A stretch of 64,000 nt of DNA, taken from NCBI GenBank assembly GCA_013265495.1, contig MU057989.1:945513-1009512 (forward strand), given 5' to 3'. The DNA is from Vicugna vicugna. Taxonomy: Eukaryota. Shown piece after piece: positions 51,935-64,000 of this stretch. The notes below the pieces were generated by a model. That model was not told the origin of the DNA. It saw only the letters and a program-made list of their open reading frames with translations, and did no database searches. The stretch's first letter is position 1; each line of letters begins with the position of its first letter. The translations under genes were made by a program, and so were the position numbers.

Positions 51935-52039
51935 CTTGGCGCTGTTCTTCTGCTCCTCCTGGCAGCCGTTCTGGACCGCCCCGCCTTCTGCGCCGGCCTC
52001 TGATGTGGGAGCAAATGTGATTCCACATGAAGGGCAGGT
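51935..52039 (-). CDS. ADCY9: ADCY9 coding exon 4 (105 nt)
   Basis: ttttctcgtag|ACC; TCPSCGITFAPTSEAGAEGGAVQNGCQEEQKNSAK; AAG|gtaccc; phase 0-0. Confidence 0.95.
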
Positions 52040-52204
52040 CTACGAGAAAAACACAGATCACAGGAACTCACTCAGAAAACACGGCCTCACCACGTGATTG
52101 CAGCCAGTCCGCTGCTGTTGCAATTTGCTGCCACACAGAACAGTCCAACCAAACGGGAGGCTTACTGATCCCCTCGGGATGAGACAAAAACAAACCGGCA
52201 CAGT

Positions 52205-52705
52205 GAAAATGGAAACATAACCGCACAGAGACCTGAATGTGAATGTGCCCTAATAGTCAAAAAGCAGAAACAACTCAAATGTCCATCAGTGAATGAATAA
52301 ATCAATACAATGGGTACATCCACAGAATGTTGTTTCACTCAGCTGTCAAAAGGAGTGAGGCACTGTCACATGCAACAACATGAATGAACCTTTAAACCCT
52401 GCTCCGTGAAAGAAGCCAGACACAAAAGGCCACAAGCTGTGTGATTCCATCTGTATAAAACATCCAGAAAAGGCAAATTCACAGAGATGGAAAGGAGATT
52501 AGTGGTTGCCAGGGGTGAGGGAGATAAGGGAATGAGGAGTGACTAACAGGTATGGGGTTTCTTTTGGGGGTGATGAAAATGTTCTGAATCTGACCATGGT
52601 GATGGTTGTACAATCTTGCGAACCTACTAAAAACCACCAAATTATATACACTCTTCAGAGGGTAAATTATGGTATGTGAATTATATCTCCATAAAGTTGT
52701 TGTCA
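52205..52705 (+). mobile_element. LINE-1 3' end fragment (L1MB-like)
   Basis: gaaagaagccagacacaaaaggccac...ttagtggttgccagggg...gtgaattatatctccataaagttgtt. Confidence 0.75.
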
Positions 52706-55700
52706 AGCAAACAAACCAGCCACTAACACATACTCTAACACTAAGCCAAGGTTCTGGAGCTCTCTGGGAAGGTGATCTGTTCTTATAAAACAGGCAGGAC
52801 CATCAGAAGAACTTGCTTACAAACCTAGCTATTCTTAGACGTTTGCAGGAATTAGCTGACCTAGAAAAGACCAGGCAAGACTCGATACTGACAGTACAAC
52901 ACAGGGAATGGAGCCAATATCTACAGGAACTATAAATGGACTATAACCTTTCAAATTGTCAATCACTATACTGTACATCTATATGTTTATATATAATATA
53001 ATATTTATATATTACTATACATTTATATATTATAAAGCAACTGTGCTTCAATTAAAAATAAAATACTGACAGGTATAGCAGAAAGGGCAAGGCTTTCATT
53101 TCTCACAAACCAGGGTTCAAACCCCTCCTCGATTTCTCACTAGTTTGGAGAGTCCAGTTCAAATCACTTACGTCAGTTCTCTCACGTGTGAGAGTGGTAA
53201 TGCTGTTCTGGAAGACACGTAAGGATGTAAGGGGCACACACGTAGACAGCCGAGCATCGTCCCCAGCACGCAGTGCATCGTTAATAAATGTACTCCGTTA
53301 TTAATGTGAGCCAGGAAAGTAGTAACTGTTAATGAGACAGCAACCGACGGCATCCAGGGGAGAGGACCAACTGCAGAAGGAGAGGCTCATGAGGCCTCAG
53401 AAACAATTTCCTAGCATAAGAATCGTTAATCATTGGACTACGTTGTAAAAGGCTAGATATCACTTCAGAAATTTTAAATAAACGTCACTTAGTGCCTGAG
53501 GGCAAGGATATAACCCAGGTCACATCCCAAGTTAGATCTCAGGCCTGCACTGCATTAAATAAAAGAAATAAAAGCTCTAAAGAGTTGTGCAATTTGGGAA
53601 TATGATGCAACGCACATGTTAAATGTGAGCACTCGTATTCGTTCAAAAAGTGAAAACACCCACACCAAAATCGCTGGCCAATCAGCAAGCGTCATGTCTG
53701 TGCCCGGAGTCGTATCTGGGTAAAATCTGCTCGTAGCTCTTTAAAAATTGGCATTATTAACAGAGGCAACATGTGCTAATTGTCAATAACATAAAATAAA
53801 ATTATTTTAAAGTACGTCTTGGTATTGACTCAGTTAAACTTCAAAACACATCGCCGTGGGGCCAATGATCCTCTTACATGACAAAACATCCAATTTCATG
53901 CATAAGGAGTGACACCCTACCCCTGTCCCAAGAAAAGGGATCAACAACAGGCCATCAGCTTCTTAGGAATTCCTCATGGTGCCCCGGCTTTAAATATGTA
54001 CAGTGTTTTATGCATTTAGAGCCACAAATGTGCAAAAATGACTACCAAACCTATTGGATACCAGGGGGCACAACCCCCTGCAAAGGATTCCTTGGACAGG
54101 AGTCGAGGCCACACCACTCAGACGCTGCACCCCCTCTCTGAAGGTCTTGGTTACAAAGGGGTTGGGGCCTGGGGCAGTGTTCTTCACAGACGGGCAGCTT
54201 AAAGCTACATCCTTTTGGCAAACAGGCTACGTGGCCTGTAACCTGCTGGGAGAAAATGATCTAATGCGGAGGTGAGGTCTTGCAGGGCTGCCAGCAAAAG
54301 AACCCCAGGGCGCAAAGGCACAGACAGATGCTGTCGGAGCCCAGATGCTCTTAAATGGCCCAGGAGACTGTGCTCAGGGAGGGCCTGTATCAAGCAGTAG
54401 AGCAGGACCTGAACACTGCACCCCCTCTGTGTACCCACAGCAGCTTCGTCCAGGGAGTGGGGCCCTGGGGGTGGAGGGGCTGCCAGCTGTGGAGGGGCAG
54501 CCCCAGGGATCCGGATCATTTCATTGTACTGGGAAGACGTGGCTCTCTACTGTTCTGTCTCTTCCTCGGCTACTTTCCCTCTTGAGGGGGAACCTGTACT
54601 GATTATAACTTTAAAGCAAATGAAACAAAAACCTTAGAGAAATTCGTCTGCCCTGACGGGGACATTCTCATACCTTGACAGTCCCCGATCTGCGGTGGGA
54701 GCCCCTGTGTGCACCAGGAGGGCCCCACCAAGCGATGGTGGGTGGGTTTGTTCCCCCTCCCAGTCCCCACAGCAATTTTCCTTCAACTATTTTCTAGCTT
54801 CACTTTAATCGGGTTAAACCGGTTCTTGCCCAGCATGAAGATACCTCTGTGAAATGTCTGCCAACACACTGAGGGTCTGTCTCTCCCCCTGAGCAGCTGC
54901 CAGCATCTCCGACCCTGAGCAGTTCTCACCGGGAAGAGGGGAATCAGACACTGGGGACTCTGGGGGACACGTCTGAGCAACTGACTTGCAGGGCAGCCTC
55001 GCTGCGGGCACGGCGGGTCAAAGTCACTGTTCTAATGATGCCAGCTGCCATGACTGGGAAACACCTCTGTGCTAAGGACGTGCCAACGAAGGGTATCAGG
55101 TCCTTATCCACCATGTCTGCAGTCTCATGCCCCTGATTTCCTTTAATCCTCCTAACGACACTAGGGGGCAGAAGTGACTGTCAACAGCAGGGGTCAGACC
55201 GCAGGGCTCCTGGCCCCTGACCACCACACCGTCTCCCGCTGGCCTCCTTTCCCGGCACAAAGACGACACAGGAGTAATCCTGGCGCTGAGCTCTCCTCTG
55301 CCTCAGGACCCTGAAGTGCCCCAAGCAGTATGACCACCTCCGGCTCCTTTACGTGGCACCATGGGACGCTTCACCGAGACCAGCTAAGGTCCCTGAAGCG
55401 GAGGGCTCTACGGGCCAAGGAGTGTGCTGGCTGTTGCCTGGGAAATCCCAGAGCCCCTGAGAGCGCCCCGAGTAAACTCTGCATTTTCCCAGATGACCCT
55501 TGCTCCTTCCCCCAGTGTGATATGCGCTCTGGAGGGAAGATTAGGACTATTTCTCTAACGAGTTTGGGTGCATCTGCATTTGTATTTAACACGTTTCAAC
55601 ACACGCACCCTACATTCTGCTCAGAATACAGGGCACAGAGCTATAACATGGTTTTCTCTTCAAGGCTATTTTTCTTCACAAGATAAATCATCTCTAAGTC

Positions 55701-57064
55701 AACAGCTGTCCTTTTTCCTAACTGTTGAGGGAGGGAGCAGGGAAACCTCTTTTCTGAGAAATGAGGAGGAAGCAACATCAGACAGGTCCCAGCTCTGCCT
55801 GTGTCGCCTGCCTGTGAGTGTGACTACCTAGCAAGCGGGCCTCTGACCAGGACAAGCATCCCTTGCTGCCCAAACTCAAAGCCCAGGTTGCGCATGGCAG
55901 ACAGGGGCGCACGGCAGCATCAAGGACAACTTACTGAGGCCAGTCCTGGGTTCTAAGCTTTCTGTCTGTGTTTGTTCAGCCCTCAGGAGCTCCCAGGAAG
56001 TGGACACGATGATTAGCCCATTTGACACAGGCGGGAAGTGAGGCAAAGAAAGAAGGGACCTGCCCAGAGTCACAGGTAGAAAATGACAGAGGGACGTTTC
56101 AGCACGGGCAGCAGCGCCCTGGCCCCCAACCACGCACGGGACCTCTCTAAGTGAACAGGGACCACCTGCCGCGTGGGGCAGAGGCTGCGACATGTCGCAG
56201 GTGGGCCAGCCACCCTCCTTGAGCTAGCGGCCCAGGCCCGGGCATGTGTACTCCCAAACAGATGATTTCTGCTAATAGAATCCTAGAGAAGAGCAGAAGC
56301 AACATATTCAAGGAAAACAGAAGGAATCATTATTACAGAAAAAGAAAGGTGTCCCCAGGAGCTATGAGAACAGAGAGCAGACAGCCCGAGAACACTGGAA
56401 GCAAAGCAGCAGAGAAAACACACACCCGTGAAAACCAGGCATGAGGTCTCCAAGCCACGAGGTGGAGGACCACGGCACCCAGCTCAGACTCCCGAGCTCT
56501 AAACAACTCGACCCCGGGGCCGGTAAGGCGAGAAGAGTGATAATATTCTACCAGGAAGTCAAAGGCAGAAAACACTTGGTATTAGGGGAAATTTCCTTTA
56601 TGTGCAATACTTCACTATCTGATGATGCCAACTGAGTGGGCTGGACTTATCTTTCCATTTCAATGCATATGTAACATGTAACATAAAGATAACAAGGATA
56701 TTTATACTATATAACATAAAAACAATGTAAACATAAAACATTTTAATATACATATAGTAAAATGTTGGTACTGAAACAATTTTAGACTTAAAGAGAGTGG
56801 GACAGACAGTTCAGAGAGTTCTCATATGTCCACCTCCAGCTTCCCCTAATGTTAGCATCTTATATTAACTGTGGTATAGTTACAAAACCAAGAAATTAAC
56901 ACGGGCATGGTACTATTTACCAAACCGCAGACTTCATTCAGATGTCCTTCTTCTGTTCTGGGACCCCACACTACATTCAGTCACTGTGCCTCCTTAATCT
57001 CCTCCAGTCTGGGACAGGTCCTCTGTCTTCCCTTGTTTTCAATGACCCTTCACTTTGGTCGTTT

Positions 57065-57695
57065 TGGTTTTTAAATAAAGTATGGCTGATTTACAACCTT
57101 GTGTTAGTTTCTGGTGTACAGCAAAATGATTCAGTTATACATATATGCATAATATATACATATATATATTCTTTTTCAGATTCTTTTCCATTATAGGCTA
57201 TTACAAGACATTGAATACAGTTCCTTGTGTAGGACTCTGTTGTTTATCTATTTTATACACAGTGGTGCGGTGTGCATCTGCTAATCCCAAACTCCTAATT
57301 TATCCCTCCTCCCTCCCTTTCCCCTTTGGTAACCATAAATTTGTTTTCTATGTCTGTGAGTCTGTTTCTATTTTGCAAAGAAATTCATCTGTGTCACTTT
57401 TTCAGATTCCACACATAAGTGATATTATATGATATTTGTCTTTCACTGTCTGACTTGTTTTACTTCGCATGACAATCTCTAGGTCCATCCATGTTGCTGC
57501 GAATGGCATTATTTCATTCTGTTTTACGGCTGAGTAATATTCCATAGTATATATATGCCTCATCTTCTTTATCCAGTCATCTGTCAATAGGCATTTAGGG
57601 TGCTTCCATGTCTTGGCTACTGTAAATAGTGCTGTTATGAATACTGGGGTGCATGTATCTTTTCAAATTAGACTTTTCGCCTTTTCTGTATGTTC
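57065..57695 (-). mobile_element. Artiodactyl-type LINE-1 3' end
   Basis: gtttctggtgtacagcaaaatgattcagttatac...tccatccatgttgctgcgaatggcattatttcattc. Confidence 0.8.
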
Positions 57696-60439
57696 AGGAC
57701 TTGACCCTGTCACTTTTGAAGTGTCCTGGTCAGGTATTTTGTAAACTGTCCTTGAATCTGGACTTGTGTAAAGTTTTCTCATGAACTGACTGAGGTTTAG
57801 GATTTGAGGGAAGACTCCCGAAGAGGGTGACACGCTCTTCTCAGCACATAACATGGCGGGGGAGGGCGTTGGGGGAGTACACAATACCTCTGTCTCATTC
57901 ATCGTGACGCTAGGCACCATCATTTGGTGAAGGTGGGCCCTGCTGGGTTTTCCACTGTCGAGTTACTATTCTTCCCTTTAAAATGAATCAGTATCTGGGA
58001 GAGGATGCTTGGAGGCCATGTAGAGGTCCTGTTTCTCCTTAACTTTTACCTACTAATGTCAGAACTCACTGCTGGCTCTCACTTGTGATGTACAAATGGT
58101 GATTTTCCTTCCCTCACTCCTTCTACATCTATTAGCTGGAATTCTCCTATGAGGAAGAGTTATCAATTTATATGTGATATGCTTTCTCCTAATCAAAGGA
58201 AACACACACATGACTGAAAATACAGATAAAACCTGAAAAGCTCTTTTTAAAAATGTACTTTACATCCACATTTCAGAACCAGCATTCAGAATACTATTTA
58301 CTTATGTTTACAGCAGCTTTGTGGAGCTATAATTCGCACACCATGCAATTCGCTACCTAAAGTGTGTAATTCAGTAGTTTTTAAGATATTCACAGAATTG
58401 TGCAACCATCACCACTATCATTTTAGACCAGTAGATATTATAAACATTTAATGTCTAAACTATACACACCGAGCTGTTCACAATGATTTTATACACAAAT
58501 AATAAGCAGACAAAAGAAGTGATCATTTTCTTAGAGTCATTTAAAAAGCCATGGCGACTGTCACAGAAGGATGGTCCGGGGCTAGTTACCTCAAAGGAAA
58601 GTATAACCCTTTTGAGACAGGACAGGTCCTCTTTGAATCGCCCCCATGTGGGCAAATCCACATCATTAACCTTGTTACCGGCTGTAAACAGGCAGAAACA
58701 CCCCATGAGCATATAAGCCAGCTTCTGAATAATAGATTGCGGTAAACTCACAAAGACCAGCCAAGCAGTGAGGTCTTTCAGAGATGCAATGAGATGCTGT
58801 CACAGTGCACGTGGCCCACTGATTAGGACGGATGTGAGAGAACACCATCCACATCTTGGGTTTCCATTTCTTTGTTATTCTCGAAAATGGCAGCCTGGCC
58901 ATTTTCACTGGCACATGCAGTCTCCATCCATCCATCACCCACAGCCCTCATGATAAATATGCAGCAGACACCAGGACAGGGCTGAGGCCACACTCGACAG
59001 GCCGACGCTGCACATGTACGTGGTTACAGCAATGATCAGCCACAACTGAAGGACCCCCTCCCCCAGCCCAGGACAAACAGGGATCTTCCCAGGGGGGTTA
59101 GGACTCCTCGTGGACAAATCAAAACAATGTCTCTGGCTCCTCATTGCCACCTCGGGGTCAGCACCCATCTCTCTGAGCGCAGTGGACCACCACGTGTCCC
59201 AGGGTTAGCTGAGCTTCTCCAAATCCGGCATTCACGGGCATGGCTTCAGCTAATCCCCCCAACAGCCCTGCGAAACTGCCTGTGGTTGCCACCTCCCCAT
59301 GGCTTACAGAAATGATGTGTTCAGTCCCAAAGCCAAGGCTTTGAGGTGGGGCCTTGATTTTAAGTTCCATCCCTTTCTAAGGCACCAAAGCCACCTTCCG
59401 TGACACTGATGGGGCGAGTCCTTGTCCCTTCCCTAGGTCCCTTCTTGACTCCTCACCCCAAATCCTTGGAACCTTTGCCTGCTCAGCCCAGAGAGCTGAG
59501 AGCCACTGTTTCGGTGGGACCCCCTCTCCCACCAATTAGGCGGCTCCAGGACCCTCCTGGTGAGGAACTCTCACACCAGTCACTCAAGAAGCCAAGGCTT
59601 GGGTGTGAAGTGTTCCCTCTGACCTATGACCTCAGGGCCAAAGCCCTGGTCCTTTGCCATCACTGCTGTTTCTTGGCAGGTCATTGCAGTACTCAGATTA
59701 CCTTATGAAACGCCAGGTGGCAAGTCTCCAGCTGTGAAGTGGGCGATGACTTACAGACACACAGGATGCCTGTGCCAGGAGTGGAAACAAGTGCTTCATG
59801 GGCATCACCTTGGTTCTGCTTAGTGCTGCCCGGGCTTCCGGTTCAGCCCTCAGTCTAGCTCTGCAGAGCTCCGTCTCTCTGTGTGTCATTAAAAAGTTAA
59901 AAACTAAAGCCACAAGAAGGTCGTCATTATCTACTACATGACAGGCACCGTTCTGGACACTTGGGAAACATTTAAGTTATGCAACACATGGCCCCACATT
60001 CAAAGAGCTCACAGGAAGGTGCATCAGAAATAGGCAAATACCTAAGACTGTATACATTATAAGCAAGTGGTACAGACTAAAAGAACTGAGAATTTAGAAG
60101 AGGGAAGATGGCTATATTTTCCTAGAAGGGTCATAGGAAACTGAAAGGAAGCTGATCTGTGAACAGAAGAGGGGAGCTTATGGGAAAAGGGAAGCGACCA
60201 CATCGCAGGTGAGAGGAGCTGCAGGACCAAGACACGCGTGGATTCTCTCGAGAATTTACGGAACAGCTTTCCTCAAATTCCTTGGTTCTTCTATGAAACT
60301 GAAACCGAGTTCCCCTGCCCAGTTTATCATTAATCTCTCTATCCAAAATGTTACTCCCTTTCTGGGCCCCTCTGACCTCAATCCTGTGCTAACTGAACAC
60401 TCGTCCACCAGTCAGATCACTCCGGCTGCTGCTGTCAAT

Positions 60440-60828
60440 ACCATGTTAATGTCCTAAACCCGCTGTTTAGATATCACTGGCAAGGTACAGACTCAGGTTG
60501 TTTCTCAAGGGCAAGATGAGCCAACAGACCCTGGAGCCGGGCCACCTGGCCTGAGAATCTTAAACCAGAGGCATCCTGACTCCTGAAATCACAATTAAGG
60601 AAAGTCACAGAAATGTCTCGACAAGATGCTTAACCTTAGCTTTATGCTCTTCCCCCTTTAGAGCCACCCCAACCCCCTGCCACCTCACAGACCGAGTCGG
60701 AGTGGGTCTGAGCCTTGTCTCCCACTCCCTTGCTCAGAGCCCTGTAATAAATCCTGACTTAGAGGGAACACTTGCTGTCAGAGTTTGACTCTGCATTGAA
60801 GGCACAGGAGCCCTTTTGCTCGTTTACA
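60440..60828 (+). mobile_element. Possible ERV solo LTR
   Basis: Internal AATAAA (ctgtaataaatcc) and ...gtttaca end; start and target-site duplication not established. Confidence 0.35.
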
Positions 60829-62516
60829 AAACTCCTTCCACTAAACAAGCACTGCCCCAAAGTGTGCAGCTTGAAGAAAGAAATCTGAGGTCTAAGGGGC
60901 CAGAGAATGCTTCAGACCACTTTCTCCTCTAGAGACCAAATCATGCATTATTAGCATGCTAACGGCTCTGAGAAGTCCTGCAGTAAGGAAACCCTTTCAG
61001 TGTTGTTTAACCCACATTTACTTGGCCACAGACCATGAGTTCCATACTTGACACCTGTTTCCGTCCTGAGACACGACTGCTCAAGGGAACCTACTTAGGG
61101 AAACTCTCCTTAAACCAGGCCTCTTCAACTGAGCAGGGTTTCTGGCACTGGGCAGGGGGAGGAGGGAGCTGTGGGGTGACAGAAATCCCCAGGGGAGCTA
61201 ACTCTCTGGATGGCGCAGCAGCAGCAACAAAGGGAAAGAAGTCTGTTGACAGGAAGAGTCAACAGATCCTGGGAAAGAATGAGGAGGAACTAGTCTGTGA
61301 TTCCGGCTGATGAGAAAAGCTCACGGTAGTGCAGACAACTTGAGGCAACGATCCAAGGACGCACATGAGGCACTAGCATGTTCACTGGAGAAACCCACCC
61401 AGGGAACTCTGAGCAGGTGACTGGTGTTTTACTTTTGTATTATTCAAAAACTCTTACTTGAAGGAAGGTCTTATATGTTGGATTATAATCCACATAATCT
61501 TTAAAGCAGACTTCAGTTTTCTGCCTTTCAAGTTGAGGAGGATATTTCCTAACGACTCACTTGGTTACCTGGGGCTTACTACTCGCAGCTCTTGCAAATG
61601 CCTGCCCTCACCCCATCCTTGCCCAGAAAGCAGGGCTGAGAAGCAGGGTGATGAGGAGGGTCCCCCCTCTCCCCAGCAGCAAAGCCTGGTGGGCATGGAG
61701 ACCCAGCCTACTATCCCCTCAGGCTCCTCCTACTCCAACCACGAATACCAGTAACCCCTCTTCCAGGATGTTCCTCATCCCAAATGTCCTATGATCCCCC
61801 ACAGCACCATCCACACACCCCGGAAATTACACTTCAAGATCCAACTCCTTTTTCCCTTCTGCAAAGGGCAAAGAGATCCGTGGTTTTTTGGGTTTTGGTG
61901 TTTTGGTGCAAATTCCCTTTGGTAAACAAGGTCAACTTAACAGACCACAAGATTTTCAGAAAGCTCTCCATGACTACTTGGAAAATTTAAACATGGCAAC
62001 AGAATATGCTAAATAGTTTTTGCCCAACCAGATCATGAACAAATGTATAAACAGATTTATAACTAGAACAAGAAATGTTCTTTCAGGGCGGGGGGTGGGT
62101 GGAGAGAAAATCTTAAGGTGATTTAGCCCAGAACTCCTGTCGCTAACACTGCAGGCGTGTGATGGTGAGGTCAGCAAGGGTGCACACCCCAATGGAGAGA
62201 AACACACACGCCATCTAGGATGGCAGACAAACACAACAAAGCATTTATTTTTGGCTTTGAGCCCTATTTCTCTACTTAAATACTGCTCAGTTAGTTGGAA
62301 GCCCAAAGAAACAATTTCTGCCCAACTAATGAGGCATATTTGGAAGCTCTGTTTCCATTCCCCTCCCCACTCGGCTTTCCCCAGCCCCTGCTCCGTGGCA
62401 GCCCGAGCAGAGGCCATCTCCAGACCGTGTGGACACTGAGGGAATTTTATCTATATTCACCCTGTCACATGTGCCAGAGAGTACAGGGAAGGGCAGGGTC
62501 TAATACCCTACCCTAA

Positions 62517-62735
62517 ACAGGGGTGATTTTAGCACCCCCACCTCAACCACCAGGGGACCCTGGGCCAGGTCTGGAGACCTTCTTGGTTGTCACAGTGAGG
62601 GGACTGGACATGACTGGCATCTAGTCAGTGGGGCCAGGGATGCTGCTCAATATCCCACAGTTCATAGGATGGCATCCGCTATAAGGAGCTATCTGGCCCA
62701 AAGTGTCGATCGTGCCAAGGTTGGGAAACCCTGCA
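62517..62735 (+). mobile_element. MER20-type hAT MITE
   Basis: caggggtgattttagcaccc...ctggcatctagtcagtggggccagggatgctgct...gtgccaaggttgggaaaccctg. Confidence 0.65.
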
Positions 62736-63781
62736 CTAAATGAACAGAGCACATGACGGGAACGATACACGTGTGCTGTCTGTAAACCTGGACGCAGTAA
62801 CAGCACCCAGTACCCAGATGCGGGGTATCACGGAGTCCGACACCGTGAAGTAAACTGGACCCTCCAGCCAAGCGCCACATGAGGATGCCTTAAGCTGAAG
62901 TGCCAATACAGTGAGTTTCATATCTGTTCATAAATGTGGGTAAGCAGGGACATACTGGATCAAAGCCGTATCAACGGGCCATCATCCTGACCAATATATC
63001 ATTGTGCCATTTGAGAGCACAAAACAGCGAAGTAGAATTGTTTTAACTGTCTCCATTTTCTTAAAAAAATGGAAATGGCAAATATTTAAACTATAAACAA
63101 AAGGTACCAGTGAGGGAACTGAATCAAAAGTGAAAACTGAGGAACAACTAATAAACTAGAGTGATTTCACATGCCCAAGGTCAATCATGTTAATTCCTTG
63201 GTAGTTGATTATGACAGAAATGGGTACAGTTAGATGGCTACCAAGAGATCTCTGTTCTGGTAATCAAATACTGTCATACTCTTGGCAAGCCCGCACACAC
63301 TCTTCCAACGAGCTACATCACAAGATTCACCCATACCAACAAAATTTAACATAATCATGAAACACTGGATTTCAAGAGACGTAGGAGTACTTGAGAAAGT
63401 GGTCTCTGAAATAAGACCCACACCAGCCCCCTAAGCAAGATGTAAGGAGAACCAGCTTTACTATTATTATTTACCATTAGCTTTCAGAAGTCCCCAAAGA
63501 CATCACAGGTTGCAGAAAAAGAAAACAGAAACTTGAGTGCGAAGCAGCTTTATGCAGTGTGAACGGAAAATGCAGGTGCACAATATGTCAAAAAAAAAAA
63601 AGCAAAGATATTAAAAATGCAAAATGCTGCCAACTTTATACTAAACTTAAAAATCATAAAAACCAAATGGAAGACCATTCTGAGTCGTCTGCCACAGACC
63701 CGAAGGCTGTTTATTATTTCACATGTTCTACTGCAGAATTAATATCAAGTTTTAGAAGTAGGAGAAAAAAAAAAAACTAAC

Positions 63782-63972
63782 CTTAAGGTTATCAAAGGTT
63801 TTGACAGTCTGCGCCAAGTCACTGACACTCCCTGGCGATGCTGTCCCCTGTCCCCTAGGGCCTGAGGACACCCGCGAGCCGTCAATGACCTCAAAGCCAG
63901 AAAGCAAGGCCTCTGAACAGCTGCAATGAGACTCCTTCGCTCTCTGACCCGCTATCAGGTATGTCTTCAAAC
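63782..63972 (-). CDS. ADCY9: ADCY9 coding exon 3 (191 nt; end of C1a/start of C1b)
   Basis: Translates (G)LKTYLIAGQRAKESHCSCSEALLSGFEVIDGSRVSSGPRGQGTASPGSVSDLAQTVKTFDNLK; acceptor atag|GT at 63973/63972, donor AAG|gttag at 63782/63781; exon numbering follows the human gene as recalled. Confidence 0.96.
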
Positions 63973-64000
63973 CTATGGATTAAAAATTACAGTCAGCACA

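Overview
Mammalian genomic DNA, most likely a camelid, judged from seven copies of a tRNA-Ala-derived SINE matching camelid Vic-1. The window holds the 3' part of ADCY9 (adenylate cyclase 9) on the minus strand. Coding exons 3-11 all have canonical GT-AG ends and lengths of 191/105/218/103/209/160/149/42/1192 nt, followed by a 3' UTR of about 3 kb. Beyond the gene lie a repeat-poor downstream zone, a MEF2/E-box cluster, an orphan CpG island with a CTCF-like motif and about 11 kb of nested L1/SINE/DNA-transposon debris. The most notable observation is a decayed five-exon plus-strand gene model (36724-39560) interleaved with ADCY9 exon 10. Its exon phases chain without frameshifts into 343 codons with a signal-peptide-like N-terminus. 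It carries 6 internal stops, a lost ATG and two damaged splice sites, so it is a candidate unitary pseudogene whose family I could not identify. A phase-compatible distal alternative last exon for ADCY9 is also seen. Repeat family names come from recognition by eye, not from a database search.
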